A stretch of DNA of 63,681 bases, filler included, from Octopus bimaculoides (lineage: Eukaryota), in NCBI RefSeq assembly GCF_001194135.2. It is 7 parts of 7 records of this genome, joined end to end, with 100 filler letters (N's around TTAATTAATTAA, not from the genome) between each part and the next. Parts side by side here need not be neighbours in the genome. Positions count along the whole stretch, not along the records: positions 39,813 to 43,377 come from NC_068984.1; positions 43,478 to 55,715 come from NC_068990.1; 5 more parts are not named here. One strand, given 5' to 3'. Within the stretch, counting starts at the first letter, position 1. Each line of letters begins with the position of its first letter. The position numbers and the translations under genes were made by a program. The notes under the pieces are model-generated. The model was given only the letters and a program-made list of their open reading frames with translations. It ran no database searches and was not told where the DNA came from. Positions 40,383 to 52,290 of this stretch are shown here, in pieces.

Positions 40383-41182
40383 CATACATTGCATACACAG
40401 CCCGATGCCCATTTTCTACTGCAGTTGATGGTGATGATGATAAGTATGAGAAGGAAGATGATAGTAATGAGAAGGAGTAATGATGATGAATATGGTGGTG
40501 GTGGTGGTGGTGGTGGTGACGGTGGTGGTGGCGGAGGCAGTGGTGGTGATAACTTAAAAGGCAGATGATCACATCATTCTGCAACAATACACCACAAAGT
40601 AGTAGATGGATGCTGCAGAAAATGCCTATGTCTATAGAAGCAGATGCAATTAATGCCAATTGTTTATTTTGAATAGATTCCAATCATGAAGAGAACCAAT
40701 CTTGGCCTAAACACATTTGGAAGATATCTACAGCATTTTACTTGTGTTTCACTAATTAATATTTGCCAGGTAAATTAAATTATGTATCTTCATTCTGTGC
40801 ATTAACTAAACTAACTAGAAAGTTTATCACAAATGTGCAATTGGGAAGATATTGCTAAGAAAGGAATTGGGTGAGAAATATTATATCCTTTAAAATAACT
40901 TGATGTTTTAATTATCCATTTATTAGTTAATATCTAAATCTAATTAATCTCATAAAACACCACATTCATTGCAAGATAATTGCCCTTGTTTTGCTGTAAA
41001 ATTTGTTCAGACTAATAATGACCAATTTAAAAATCATTTGAATTATATATTGCTGTTTTTGTTATTGTTTATTTTGTTGTTTAAGTCAGAGAAAGAAGGA
41101 AAGCATTTATGGCCTTTCTTCTGGTGGAGAAGAGGGCAGCTAGAAGTTCTTCTCAAACTAGAGGCCAAACCTGAATACTTAC

Positions 41183-41258
41183 AATAGAGTGGACTCTGTT
41201 GATAGCACTTCATAACTAGGTAGTCGTGTGAATCTGGGTAATAGATTAAATCTAACAC
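41183..41258 (-). CDS. Candidate minus-strand internal exon (76 nt), product unknown
   Basis: Strong acceptor tttgcattcttggtttctcag| and donor ATT|GTAAGT. Two frames are open: VLDLIYYPDSHDYLVMKCYQQSPLY and GVRFNLLPRFTRLPSYEVLSTESTL. Confidence 0.4.
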
Positions 41259-41420
41259 CTGAGAAACCAAGAATGCAAAGAGCTGAAACATGTATTGCTA
41301 GGTACTTCTTTCAATGTTCTTATATTTCCAGCAATCTGCTGCCCTGGGCTGGTACTTTATTTTATTGACCTTTAGAAAAGATAAAATGCAAAACAAACTC
41401 CAGTGTGATTTGAACTCATA

Positions 41421-41451
<31 letters not shown>

Positions 41452-41455
<4 letters not shown>

Positions 41456-41709
41456 TCCTGTGCAGGTGGCACGTAAAATACACCATTTCGAGTGTGGCCA
41501 TTGCCAGTACCACCTGACTGGCCTTTGTGCCGGTGGCACGTAAAAGCACCCACTACATTCTCGGAGTGGTTGGCGTTAGGGAGGGCATCCAGCTGTAGAA
41601 ACTCTGCCAAATCAGATTGGAGCCTGGTGTAGCCACCTGGTCCACCAGACCCCAGTCAAATCGTCCAACCCATGCTAGCATGGAAAGTGGGCGTTAAACG
41701 ATGATGATG
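41452..41709 (+). mobile_element. Non-autonomous retroposon family D with an RTE-like (GAT)n tail; other copies at ~53420-53775 (+) and ~62355-62615 (-)
   Basis: Shared GGGCATCCAGCTGTAGAAACTCTGCCA.ATCAGATTGGAGCCTGG...CCAACCCATG..AGCATGGAAA....CGTTAAACGATGATGATG end. Confidence 0.8.
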
Positions 41710-43477
41710 ATATATATACATATATACGATGGGCTTCTTTCAAATCTGCCAAATCCACTCTAGCAAATCTTCCTTCTACCAAATCTTCCTTCTACCAGAT
41801 CCTCTCACAAGGCTTTTGGTCAGCCTGTGGCTATAGTAGAAGACACTTGCCCAAGGTGCTGCACAGTGGGACTGAACTTGGAACCACGTGTTTGTGAAGG
41901 AAATTTCTTACAAAGCCATCATCATCATTGTGTTGTTATTATTCATATTATTTAAGGCTGCAAGCTGACAGAATAATTGGCATGCTGGACAAAATGTTTA
42001 ATGGTATTTTGCCTGTCCCTACATTCTGAGTTCAAATTCCACCGAGGTCAACTTTGCCTTTCATCTTTTCAGAATCAATAAATTAAGTACCAGTGATACA
42101 CAGGGGTCAATGTAATTAACTAGTCTCCTACCGTCAAATTTCAGGCTTTGTGCCTGTAGTAGAATGTATCTTTATTCATATTATCATCGTCATCATCATC
42201 ATCATTGATGTTGTTATTATCACTGTCATCACCATAGTTATCATCGTCATCATTATCGTCATGGTGGCCAACATTGCTGCCATCATCATTGTTTCATTGC
42301 CATCATCGTTGACACTGTCATTTTCATAGACATTATTATCATTAGTGTCATCATTATTATTGTGGTCATCATCGTCATCATCCACTCCTTTTCCTTCTTT
42401 CTCTCCTCCTCCTCCTCCTCCTCCGCCTCATCATCATCATCATCATCATCGTTATGATTACCATCACTGTTGCCATCATCATCATCATTATCAATGGTAG
42501 CCATGTCATTATTGCATTCCCATCATCACCATCGTTATCATCCCCATCATCACCATTATCATCAAAATAATAGTTTTAGAATTCACTTTTCCTGAAATAA
42601 GGTTTGGATTAGATGAGCCTTATTGAAGCAATATTCTATAACTGGATGGACTTCTTGGTGCCAACCCTAACTTGTTTTCCAAGTAAGTTATTTCTATTCT
42701 AATGGCCTTCACAAGTCAAAACCAATGAAATTGACAAGCTAAAATGTTTTATTTATAGAAAATGTAAACATAACATTACTGTTGCACAAATGATGACAAA
42801 AAACATACCAACATAAACATCACACACACACACACACACACATATTTGCCTATTGCTTGCTCTGATAAAATTATCCCACCTCTTCAATTACTTTTATTTC
42901 ATTTTCTTCTAACATCTCACTGACATACTACGACGAAATCTCCAAGATGCAGATAAGATAGAGATTTTTTTATTTATTTACGGCCTCAAACATCTCATAC
43001 CTTCGCGCTTTAGTTTGCCCTCTATTATTTATCTTGTTTCTCTCCATGAAATTCAATTGAATTCAGTTGTTGTCTTAAATTCATGCTTATTCATTTTCTA
43101 AGCTTCCTAAATTCATGCTACGTTATATTCTAATCACCTAGAATTCATTGCTCTTTTAAAAATTACGATTTATGCATTGTTGTCTCTCAAATATTTAAAA
43201 TCTACAATTAAGAGCCCTATCTACTCGCTGGCGGTAACCAGTCCTCCCACCCCCTCCACCGGAAGTTCATTCCTCTATCATCCTGTCAACCTCGGCTGTC
43301 TCCCGGAACCCATCTAGTGGCCTTGGCCATCCTCTCCCCTACCTTTGGGTAGCGCATTAAGTTTGAGAAATGTTTGCNNNNNNNNNNNNNNNNNNNNNNN
43401 NNNNNNNNNNNNNNNNNNNNNTTAATTAATTAANNNNNNNNNNNNNNNNNNNNNNNNNNNNNNNNNNNNNNNNNNNN

Positions 43478-43710
43478 AGTTCTGATAGTGACTCCGCAAT
43501 TAGGGCAAGGTCATCAGCATAGAGGAGCTCCCAGGGGCAACCTGTCTTGAACTCCTCTGTGATTGCCTGGAGGACTATGGTAAATAATAGGGGGCTGAGG
43601 ACGGAACCTTGGTGGACCCCTACCTCTACCCGGAATTCATTGCTGTACTCATTTCCAACCCTCACCTTACTGGCAGCATCTCTGTACATGGCTCGCACAG
43701 CTCTCACTAA
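43478..43710 (-). mobile_element. Non-LTR (RTE-like) reverse transcriptase fragment, uninterrupted frame
   Basis: RAVRAMYRDAASKVRVGNEYSNEFRVEVGVHQGSVLSPLLFTIVLQAITEEFKTGCPWELLYADDLALIAESLSE contains the GV.QGSVLSPLLF and YADD motifs. It is cut by the linker. Confidence 0.93.
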
Positions 43711-43739
43711 CTCTCTAAATATAGATACATATTTATCTA

Positions 43740-43775
<36 letters not shown>

Positions 43776-44499
43776 CACAACATAGATAAATAAATATAGA
43801 TATATACTTGTTCAGGAAAAATTAGGAGTCTTATGCTTTGAGTCTATGCTCTTATGCAGAAAGAATGGATAATGAGAGGAGAGAAAGAAAAGGGAGTGAG
43901 AAATGAACAAATGTGTTTCAAACAGACAGTTATCACACGTTTGAAAATGTGTGTATGTGCGTGTGTGTGTGCATGTGTGTGTTCTTGTGTGTGTGTCTGT
44001 GTGCATATTGTGTGTTTTTCCATGTCCGTGGGCCAATCCAAACCTTCTGAATACATTTAGACAGAAATGGATGGATTGTACCTATACTTCAAAAGGTTCT
44101 GCCTCATCATGGCTGTGGAGTACTCAGCCAGTTACGCACCAAATTAACATACATGTAGTTTAGTTAATCCATGAACCGAATGCTCATTGTTGAAATCAAC
44201 GAAGGATCCATGATTGTTTAATCATCAAATAACCTCCTCCATTTATAAACAGCATCATTTAAAAAAAAGCCCTTTGACATTTGCTTTATGAAATACTGCT
44301 GAAATTTAACCCTAATTAGTCCTGTTCAGCAATACGACTTTGTTTAAACAGTAATGTAAAGTAAAACAACCCAAGATTGAATCAGCTGTATTGATTTTCA
44401 AATTAAATACATCATCTCTTCATTATGCAACTGTGTGGCTAAGAAGCTGGCTTCTTACCCACTTGCTTCAGATCTTGTGCCAATAGTAGAAAGGGTTAT

Positions 44500-44620
44500 T
44501 ATTTTTGGTTTGACTCAAGTTACGTCTGTGTAGCAGGTTCCTACCTGTAACCCTAGGTATCCACAAGTCTTCGATAGTGCTTAGAACCTTCCTGATAATC
44601 CTCGCTGTGAAACTTAATTT
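44500..44620 (-). mobile_element. Extreme 3' end of an R4/Dong-like LINE ORF
   Basis: TARIIRKVLSTIEDLWIPRVTG resembles the GTARILRKVL terminus of R4/Dong ORFs. Confidence 0.55.
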
Positions 44621-45491
44621 AATTTTAATTTTTAATAAAATGATTTTAATTGAGATTTTACCTGTAATTTTGGATTTTATCCCTAATATANNNNNNNNNN
44701 NNNNNNNNNNNNNNNNNNNNNNNNNNNNNNNNNNNNNNNNNNNNNNNNNNNNNNNNNNNNNNNNNNNNNNNNNNNNNNNNNNNNNNNNNNNNNNNNNNNN
44801 NNNNNNNNNNNNNNNNNNNNNNNNNNNNNNNNNNNNNNNNNNNNNNNNNNNNNNNNNNNNNNNNNNNNNNNNNNNNNNNNNNNNNNNNNNNNNNNNNNNN
44901 NNNNNNATATTATTGGTCAACTTTGCCTTTCATCCTGTTGGGCCTTGATGAAATAAGTACCAGTTGAGTATTGGGTTTAATGTCATCGGCTTATCTCTTG
45001 CCCTGGAATTACTGGCTTTGTGTCAAAATTTGAAACCATTAATTTTCAGAAAGATGAAAGGCGGAGTCAGCTGGGATGGGATTTGAACTTAGGAACCCAA
45101 GATAAGGCGTGAAAATAGACAGGGCAAGACATCTTGTCCGATGATAGAATTAGTAAATGTTAACATGAGGCGGGAACGAGGAATTTCAGAATGATCTAAC
45201 CGATATGATGTTTTGTTACAGCGACCTTGTGCCTGGTAATTAATCTTAGCTCTTCTCAATAATTGCAGGAAATGAGACTTAATGAAGCAAAGGAGAGTCT
45301 GTTAGTTTTTGGTTGAAAGGTTAAAAGGTTAAAAAGATTGTTGTGCAAATCTAGCTGAGTGTAGGTATGTATGTGTGTACATGTGTGTGTGTGTTTATAC
45401 ATGTATATACATCTATGTATGTGTGTATATGTATGTATGTATGTATATATATATATATATGTATATGTATGTATCTATGTATGTATATGTA

Positions 45492-45533
<42 letters not shown>

Positions 45534-46575
45534 CACTATCACACACACATCAGCTACAATTGTCAATTTCTTGAAAATGGGGTCATAACCCCGAAATATT
45601 GAATACAAGGTAAGACTACATTAATTCACACATTTGTTTTCTTGTGATTTACCTTGCATTTATTTCGCATTGTTTTGGCCTTACCCACGATCCTTTATAC
45701 TATATATATATATCTCTTTCTCTATATATATATATATATATATATTATTTTATTTAAAAGAGTTCCAACTCTGTTTTTTATGTTTCATTTATATTCTTGT
45801 AAAATTAATGTGGGATAGAGAATATGGAATATATAATATATNNNNNNNNNNNNNNNNNNNNNNNNNNNNNNNNNNNNNNNNNNNNNNNNNNNNNNNNNNN
45901 NNNNNNNNNNNNNNNNNNNNNNNNNNNNNNNNNNNNNNNNNNNNNNNNNNNNNNNNNNNNNNNNNNNNNNNNNNNNNNNNNNNNNNNNNNNNNNNNNNNN
46001 NNNNNNNNNNNNNNNNNNNNNNNNNNNNNNNNNNNNNNNNNNNNNNNNNNNNNNNNNNNNNNNNNNNNNNNNNNNNNNNNNNNNNNNNNNNNNNNNNNNN
46101 NNNNNNNNNNNNNNNNNNNNNNNNNNNNNNNNNNNNNNNNNNNNNNNNNNNNNNNNNNNNNNNNNNNNNNNNNNNNNNNNNNNNNNNNNNNNNNNNNNNN
46201 NNNNNNNNNNNNNNNNNNNNNNNNNNNNNNNNNNNNNNNNNNNNNNNNNNNNNNNNNNNNNNNNNNNNNNNNNNNNNNNNNNNNNNNNNNNNNNNNNNNN
46301 NNNNNNNNNNNNNNNNNNNNNNNNNNNNNNNNNNNNNNNNNNNNNNNNNNNNNNNNNNNNNNNNNNNNNNNNNNNNNNNNNNNNNNNNNNNNNNNNNNNN
46401 NNNNNNNNNNNNNNNNNNNNNNNNNNNNNNNNNNNNNNNNNNNNNNNNNNNNNNNNNNNNNNNNNNNNNNNNNNNNNNNNNNNNNNNNNNNNNNNNNNNN
46501 NNNNNNNNNNNNNNNNNNNNNNNNNNNNNNNNNNNNNNNNNNNNNNNNNNNNNNNNNNNNNNNNNNNNNNNNNNN

Positions 46576-46795
46576 NGGGGGGGGGACAAACACAGACACA
46601 CACATATGTACACACATATATATATATATGATGGGCTTCTTTCAGTTTCCATCTACCAAATCCACTCAGAAGGCTTTGGTCAGCCTGAAGCTACAGTAGA
46701 AGACACTTGCCCAAGGTGCTATGCAGTAGGACTGAACCCGGAACCATGTGGCTGGTAAGCAAGCTACTTACCACACAGCCACTCCTATGCTTATC
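46576..46795 (-). mobile_element. SINE family B copy with CpG decay; similar minus-strand copies at ~41715-41915, 50655-50895, 53945-54345, 54785-54960, 60165-60290 and 63225-63400
   Basis: GGCTTCTTTCAGTTTCC.TCTACCAAATCCACTCA...GAAGACACTTGCCCAAGGTG core or the family tail is present in each. Confidence 0.8.
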
Positions 46796-46854
46796 TATCT
46801 NNNNNNNNNNACTTACCACACAGCCACTCCTATGCTTATCTATCTATCTATCTA

Positions 46855-46885
<31 letters not shown>

Positions 46886-47151
46886 ATCTGTCTATCTATC
46901 TATCTATCTATCTATATATATATATATTGTTGCTATATTTCTTCAGATTTCATTGAATTTTTGTTAACGAGTCTTATATTTCTTTTCTATTTCTTCATTT
47001 TATTTTATATATCTCTTTATATATATGCTTATTTATATACATCTGTATATTTTTCCCTATTTATAGACACACATACACACACACACACACACACACTTCC
47101 ACAGACATATATATTTACATATATATCTTTATATATATTAATCTCTGTCTA

Positions 47152-47233
<82 letters not shown>

Positions 47234-47790
47234 AACATATATGTATATATAGTTGGAATTTACCAAAATGCAAAAGACAAAGATGGGTGTGTAAACAACA
47301 AACTGATGTATTAGTTTAACGCTTGGGAAATAATAAAGTCTTTTACGTTTCAAGCCTACGCTCTTCAACCAAAAGGAAAGCCTACACACACATATATATA
47401 GTGGGGCTTCTGTATATCTTTTTCATTCTCTCTCTCTCTCTCTCCCCATATGGTTCTATCAAGATCCGTCCTTTTCATGCTTTTGAATAATATAAAAGCT
47501 GATGTATGTGAGTTATCAGAAACTCCTTTCCACCCACTTCTGAAAAAACCATTCATAATAAATACTGATATAATCAGAATCTACACCATCTGAAATGCAT
47601 TTGTAGAAAAAAAATTTCATTGAAAAGAAAATTCCATTTCTCAGAAAGTTATAAGGAAACAAAGTTGTAGGGAAGGGGAATGTTTTTCCAGTTATGTCTA
47701 TATGTTGTATGTAGGTTTGCTTGTGTTTTTAAATACTTGAATTCTACCTCTGAAGAAAGAAATGGCTTCTTATAAAGATATGAAGCGCTA

Positions 47791-48249
47791 AAGTAGTTGT
47801 ATGCTGTCAACTTAATGTGACAGTCCCATGAAGGGAATAATACTACTGCTATTTAGCCCTACTGCTTCCTGTAGGCCTTTTACACATTTCCTGTGTCCTA
47901 ATGTTTACAAGGGGGAGATAAGCACCTCCACCCAGCTAAGCCAGCAGCATCCAGAGACTAGTTTCTGACTCATTGCTCATCTTCAGTCTGGAGTAGCATG
48001 GCTTGCTAGTTGGAGATGCCTATCTAGCGCTTGTAAACATATAATTATTCTAGTGAAATACATTCACTGATTTCAAAAATAGGATGCTGGCTTAGCTGGG
48101 TGGAGGTGCTTATCTCCCCCTTGTAAACATAAGGACACAGGAAATGTGTCAAGGCTGACAGGAAGTGGTGCTGCTTCCTAGGGCTAAATAGCAGTAGTAT
48201 TATTCCCTTCATGGGACTGTCACATTAAGTTGACAGCATACAACTACTT
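47791..48249. mobile_element. Fold-back element with ~160-bp inverted arms (47791-47952 / 48082-48249) and a hammerhead in the spacer
   Basis: The arms are near-identical: AAGTAGTTGTATGCTGTCAACTTAATGTGACAGTCCCATGAAGGGAATAATACTACTGCTATTTAGCCCTA...TGTTTACAAGGGGGAGATAAGCACCTCCACCCAGCTAAGCCAGC, with one small indel region. No clear TSD. Confidence 0.9.
47950..47992 (-). ncRNA. Intact minimal type I hammerhead ribozyme motif
   Basis: Minus strand: TCCAGA-CTGAAGA-TGA(gcaatgag)TCA-GAAAC-TA-GTC/TCTGGA. It has a complete CUGANGA and GAAA core, 6-bp stem I, 3-bp stem II, palindromic ACUAGU helix III and a GUC triplet. Predicted cleavage is between 47956 and 47955. Confidence 0.85.
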
Positions 48250-48372
48250 ATCACTTGTATAAATCTCTCTGAGAGATTTAAAAATGTATTATTTCTATAT
48301 AAAGCTCTGTCTGAATGTAGATAACAAAAATTATGTTGCATTTTAAACTTGAGGAATGTCTTGCCTATTTTT

Positions 48373-48403
<31 letters not shown>

Positions 48404-48417
48404 TAATAATAATAATG

Positions 48418-48429
<12 letters not shown>

Positions 48430-48448
<19 letters not shown>

Positions 48449-48595
48449 CATCATCGAAAAATACCTTAGAAATGAGAACAGAGGTTCGAAATTTCCCCAA
48501 CACACCTCATGAAGGCTGGAGGGTATATCAGCTGTAACGTTGTTAACAACAAACAAGATGAGGAGAAATATCCGTCAAATGTAAATAATGTACAA
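48430..48595 (+). mobile_element. Solo PLE terminal repeat, same family as 2325-2490, with a mutated hammerhead core
   Basis: AACATCATCGAAAAATACCTTAG.AATGAGAAC..AGGTTCGAAATTTC...ACAC-CTCATGA-A-GGCTG...CAGCT-GTAAC-GTT...ATATCCGTCAAATGTAAATAATGTAC. The core has changed from CTGATGA to CTCATGA and from GAAA to GTAA. Confidence 0.85.
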
Positions 48596-50445
48596 CAATG
48601 GTATGCACTTGTGTGTATGTATGAGTGTATATATGTTAGTCCCCACACACTTACATGTAATATACATATGCATGTGTGTTTGTATGTATGCATATATATA
48701 AATATATACACACACACAAATTTTTCACGTCTGGCCTTACAGCCTTTTCCGTTTGTTTTCCTGTCTTGTTTTTTGTCCGCCACTACATGACGCAGGTTTA
48801 ATTTGTGTATACAAATTTAATTTGCGGTCCATGGGAATAGCCGTTTTAACGATGCGTCCTGCCCAACTCTTCGAAACGCCGGTGTTAAAACGGGGGTAGC
48901 TGATGAAGGAAAATGTTCTCTATGTGGCTTGTGTGTTTTCTGTACTCTGGTTATTATTATTTTCTTGTCTACGTTTTGTTNNNNNNNNNNTGAAGGAAAA
49001 TGTTCTCTATGTGGCTTGTGTGTTTTCTGTACTCTGGTTATTATTATTTTCTTGTCTACGTTTTGTTCGCTGTGTCTTGTACCCAGATATGCACCTATAT
49101 ATACAGCTAGACGTAGGTATGCACATACCTGTACGTATATATGCATATACTCATTTATTATTGTTTTATATATATATACATATGTATGTGCAAGTGTATG
49201 CATGTTTTATACCTTCACCTGTTTGTATTGGACTATGTAAATATATGTGTACAAGTATGTATGTCTGTGAAAGTATATGGTTACGTATATATGTACACAT
49301 GTATCACCTTATCCATGTGAGTCCATATAATACATGTTTGTATGTGAATAAGTTATGCCGTGACAGGCAAACCTTTGAAAATAAACCACTGTTGTAAAAC
49401 GTCAACATCGTTTGATAGACATTTAGTGTAAGTGATAGGGAGGTAAATAAATAGACAGATGCAGATAGAGATATAAATAAATAAATGGATAATGAGTGAG
49501 AGAGAGAGAAAGGAAGAGAATATTTCGTAGTGCAATCTTTAATGGCTGCTGTCGCCATGGTGGAGGTGGTGGTGGTGGCTTTACCGTAAACGTGATTACA
49601 TTCTGATCTACATAGAACCAGTGTTAAGTAGAACTACAATCACTGCTCACACAAACGATGTCATTAAGAATGAATAAGCTTAGGTATGAATAAATAAACA
49701 GATAGATTAATGAATGGCTTGTTATAAAGACTGTGACAATGGCGGTCATTAGTTGGACGTTGGGGAGAACTGATATCATTATAAATTATTTTTTCCGTTT
49801 GTTTATATTGCTGTAAGGTCAGGATATGTAATTGAGTTACGGTCAATAAATTAACCCTAATATGTGACTGGTACCATATTAAACTTGCCATGATGCATAA
49901 AAGGACTTGTAGACAATTCCTGGCTGATATTAAGATAAAACGAAAGGGAAAGACAAGGAATATTAACCATTTGGTATTTAGTTCTGTATTGGAAACAGCT
50001 ATAAAGGTTTATAGATTCTAAGGTATTACTGGTATGTATAGGGTGTGACAGAAAAATCTTTCATATTTTACACACCTTTTGGTGAGCTGCTTATAAAGTT
50101 AGTCAAATGATAAAGATGGTGGTGTATAGCTAAATGTTCTACTTTTTCTTTTAGTTGCCATCAGGGCATTCAACTGATTCTGTTGTTTTTACACTTTGTC
50201 CTTTCTTGTTCGTATCATGAAAATTGTTCAAAAACAATTGTTTGAAAGCAATTGTTCGAAAAACGGTTGTTCGAAATAAATACCATTTGTGTACTTGATT
50301 TTTAATTTTGTCATTTTTGTTTTTTAAGTACAATAAAAAATTTAGAAAAATTAACATTTTGTATAATTGTCCTTTTGAATAATTTTCATTCAGACAATTT
50401 TCCATTCAAATAAATGTTTTTCAAATAATTGTTTTCGAATAATTT

Positions 50446-50481
<36 letters not shown>

Positions 50482-51661
50482 GTTTAATGTCATGTCACAC
50501 GCTGTATCACACTAAATCTCCCTGAGAATTACCTTAAGGGTACGCATGTCTGTGGATTGCTCAGCCACTTGCACGTTAATTTCACGAGCAGGCTGTTCTG
50601 TTGATTGTGTCATCATAACTGACAGAGTGCTCCTACATAGAATATATATATATGTATAGGGACAGAAACACACCAACACCGGTTGTCATGTGGTGATGGG
50701 GGACAAACACACACACATGGGCACATGACAGGCTTCTTTCAGTTTCCATCTATCAAATCCACTCACAGGGCTTTGGTCAGCCCAAGGCTGTAGTAAAAAA
50801 CACTTGCTCAAGGTGCCACACTGTGGGACTGAACCCCGAACCATGTGGTTGGTAAGGGTTGGTAAGCAAGCTTCTTACCACACAACCATGCGTGTACCTG
50901 TATACATGAAAAGGTATCCAAGCTGTAGAAAATCTGTTTCACCAAATTCTGTCTGACCCATACAAGCATGGAATAAGTGGACATTAAAACGATGATGAAA
51001 AATTCTGTTTATGTTATGTAACAGAATCAACAGTGTAACATTGAGTGGCGATTGGTGAGCAAATCACAACTTCGGAAGAACATTATGGAAATTTGAAATT
51101 GTGTTCTTTGACAGCTAAAAACAAATAAACAAATAAATGGAATACATCAAAAAAAAAAAAAATTGGAGTGAAATTTCGAAAGCAAATGTCAAACCTACCA
51201 ATAGCAGGAACTGACTATTTGATCTGCAATTTTAATATCAAAGTTGAAGTTATTCAGTGCAAACTGCTCTCTGGAAACTCAACAACAAACTTCATTAAGG
51301 TAGAAAGTTCGTTGTCATACCTGGATGAGTTTTTGAGTTGGATTCATTCAAGTGGCAACAGACGAGAGAAACGGAGATGAAACATTGTTATGGCTGTTGG
51401 TTATTGAGATGTGAGTACGAAACTTGATGCAGGAAGATTGAAATCAAGGTGACTTTAAGTATCGGAGTCTGTGTGTTCAGCTTATCAGAAGTGACTTGTG
51501 ATTGTTGCTGTTGTTATTGATTGCTTATAGAGATAACAAGGTGCGGCAAAATAAAAGAAAGAAAAACATCATCTCAGATTCACCATTTTTGATAAACATG
51601 GCAACTTCGACCTGAACAGTCTACACTAGTCTGGTGTGTGTGTGTGTGTGTTTATATGTAC

Positions 51662-52290
51662 CCTTGTGGAGGTCTGTGGCTTAGTGGTTAGTGTATTTGG
51701 CTCATAAGTGTAAAGTTGTAAGTTCAATTCTTTGGTCGGGCATTGTGTCCTTGAGCACAACATTTTGTTTTTTTGTTGCTCTAGACCAGGGGTTTTCAAA
51801 CTTTTTGACTTGCGGACCCCTTTATATTTCAGGCTTTACCTTAGGGACCCCCTTATAAACGCTTATGAAATTTATACATAAATATTTGCTTAAAATAACA
51901 TATATTTTTACATTTATTTATTTAACAGTATTTAATAAATAGGTTTATTGTCAATTAAAGGATTTTGATTAAAAAACATATATAAAATCAAATTGCCCAT
52001 AAAAAGTATTTGCTGTCTACGGACCCCCCCCCTGTCTTGTCCTTGCGGACCACAGTTTGAAAACCCCTGCTCTAGACCACTCAACAGGCAAAAATGAGTC
52101 ATACCTGTAATTCACAGGGGGCCAGCCTTGTAACACTCCATATCATGCTGAATCTTCCTGGCTGCGAACTATGTTAAGGGTACACTTGTCTGTGGAGTGC
52201 TCAGCCACTTGTACATTGATTTCATGAGCAGGGTGCTCCGTTGATTGGACCAACTGGAACCTTCGTTGTTGTAACTGACGGAGCATCAGT
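51662..52290 (+). mobile_element. tRNA/CORE-headed SINE carrying the family C tail, interrupted by a hAT MITE
   Basis: Head GTGGCTTAGTGGTTAG...GTTCAATTC...GTGTCCTTGAGCACAACA. The tail AAGGGTACAC.TGTCTGTGGAGTGCTCAGCCACTTG matches 22268-22610. Confidence 0.7.
51787..52069. mobile_element. hAT (Charlie-like) MITE, 283 bp
   Basis: Perfect 16-bp TIRs CAGGGGTTTTCAAACT / AGTTTGAAAACCCCTG, an exact 8-bp TSD CTCTAGAC (51779-51786 and 52070-52077), and subterminal TTGCGGACC motifs. Confidence 0.95.

Noticed and set aside
48835-48920. GAAAC and CTGATGA motifs inside a CCGTTTTAAC/GTTAAAACGG hairpin
   Set aside because: I could not build stems I and II in any hammerhead topology from this copy.
48901-49050. 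~70-bp direct duplication around a 10-N gap (likewise 46776-46845)
   Set aside because: Typical overlap of contig ends across a minimal gap, so an assembly artefact.
50200-50450. Short spaced TTCGAA/AATTGTT repeats, superficially array-like
   Set aside because: Irregular degenerate units with no constant repeat-spacer structure. Not a CRISPR array, and the context is eukaryotic.
51377-51410. Plus-strand mini first exon MKHCYGCWLLR with GTGAGT donor, upstream CCAAT and TCAGT
   Set aside because: Phase-compatible with the EGF exon but has no signal peptide and is separated from it by three artificial linkers. Insufficient support.
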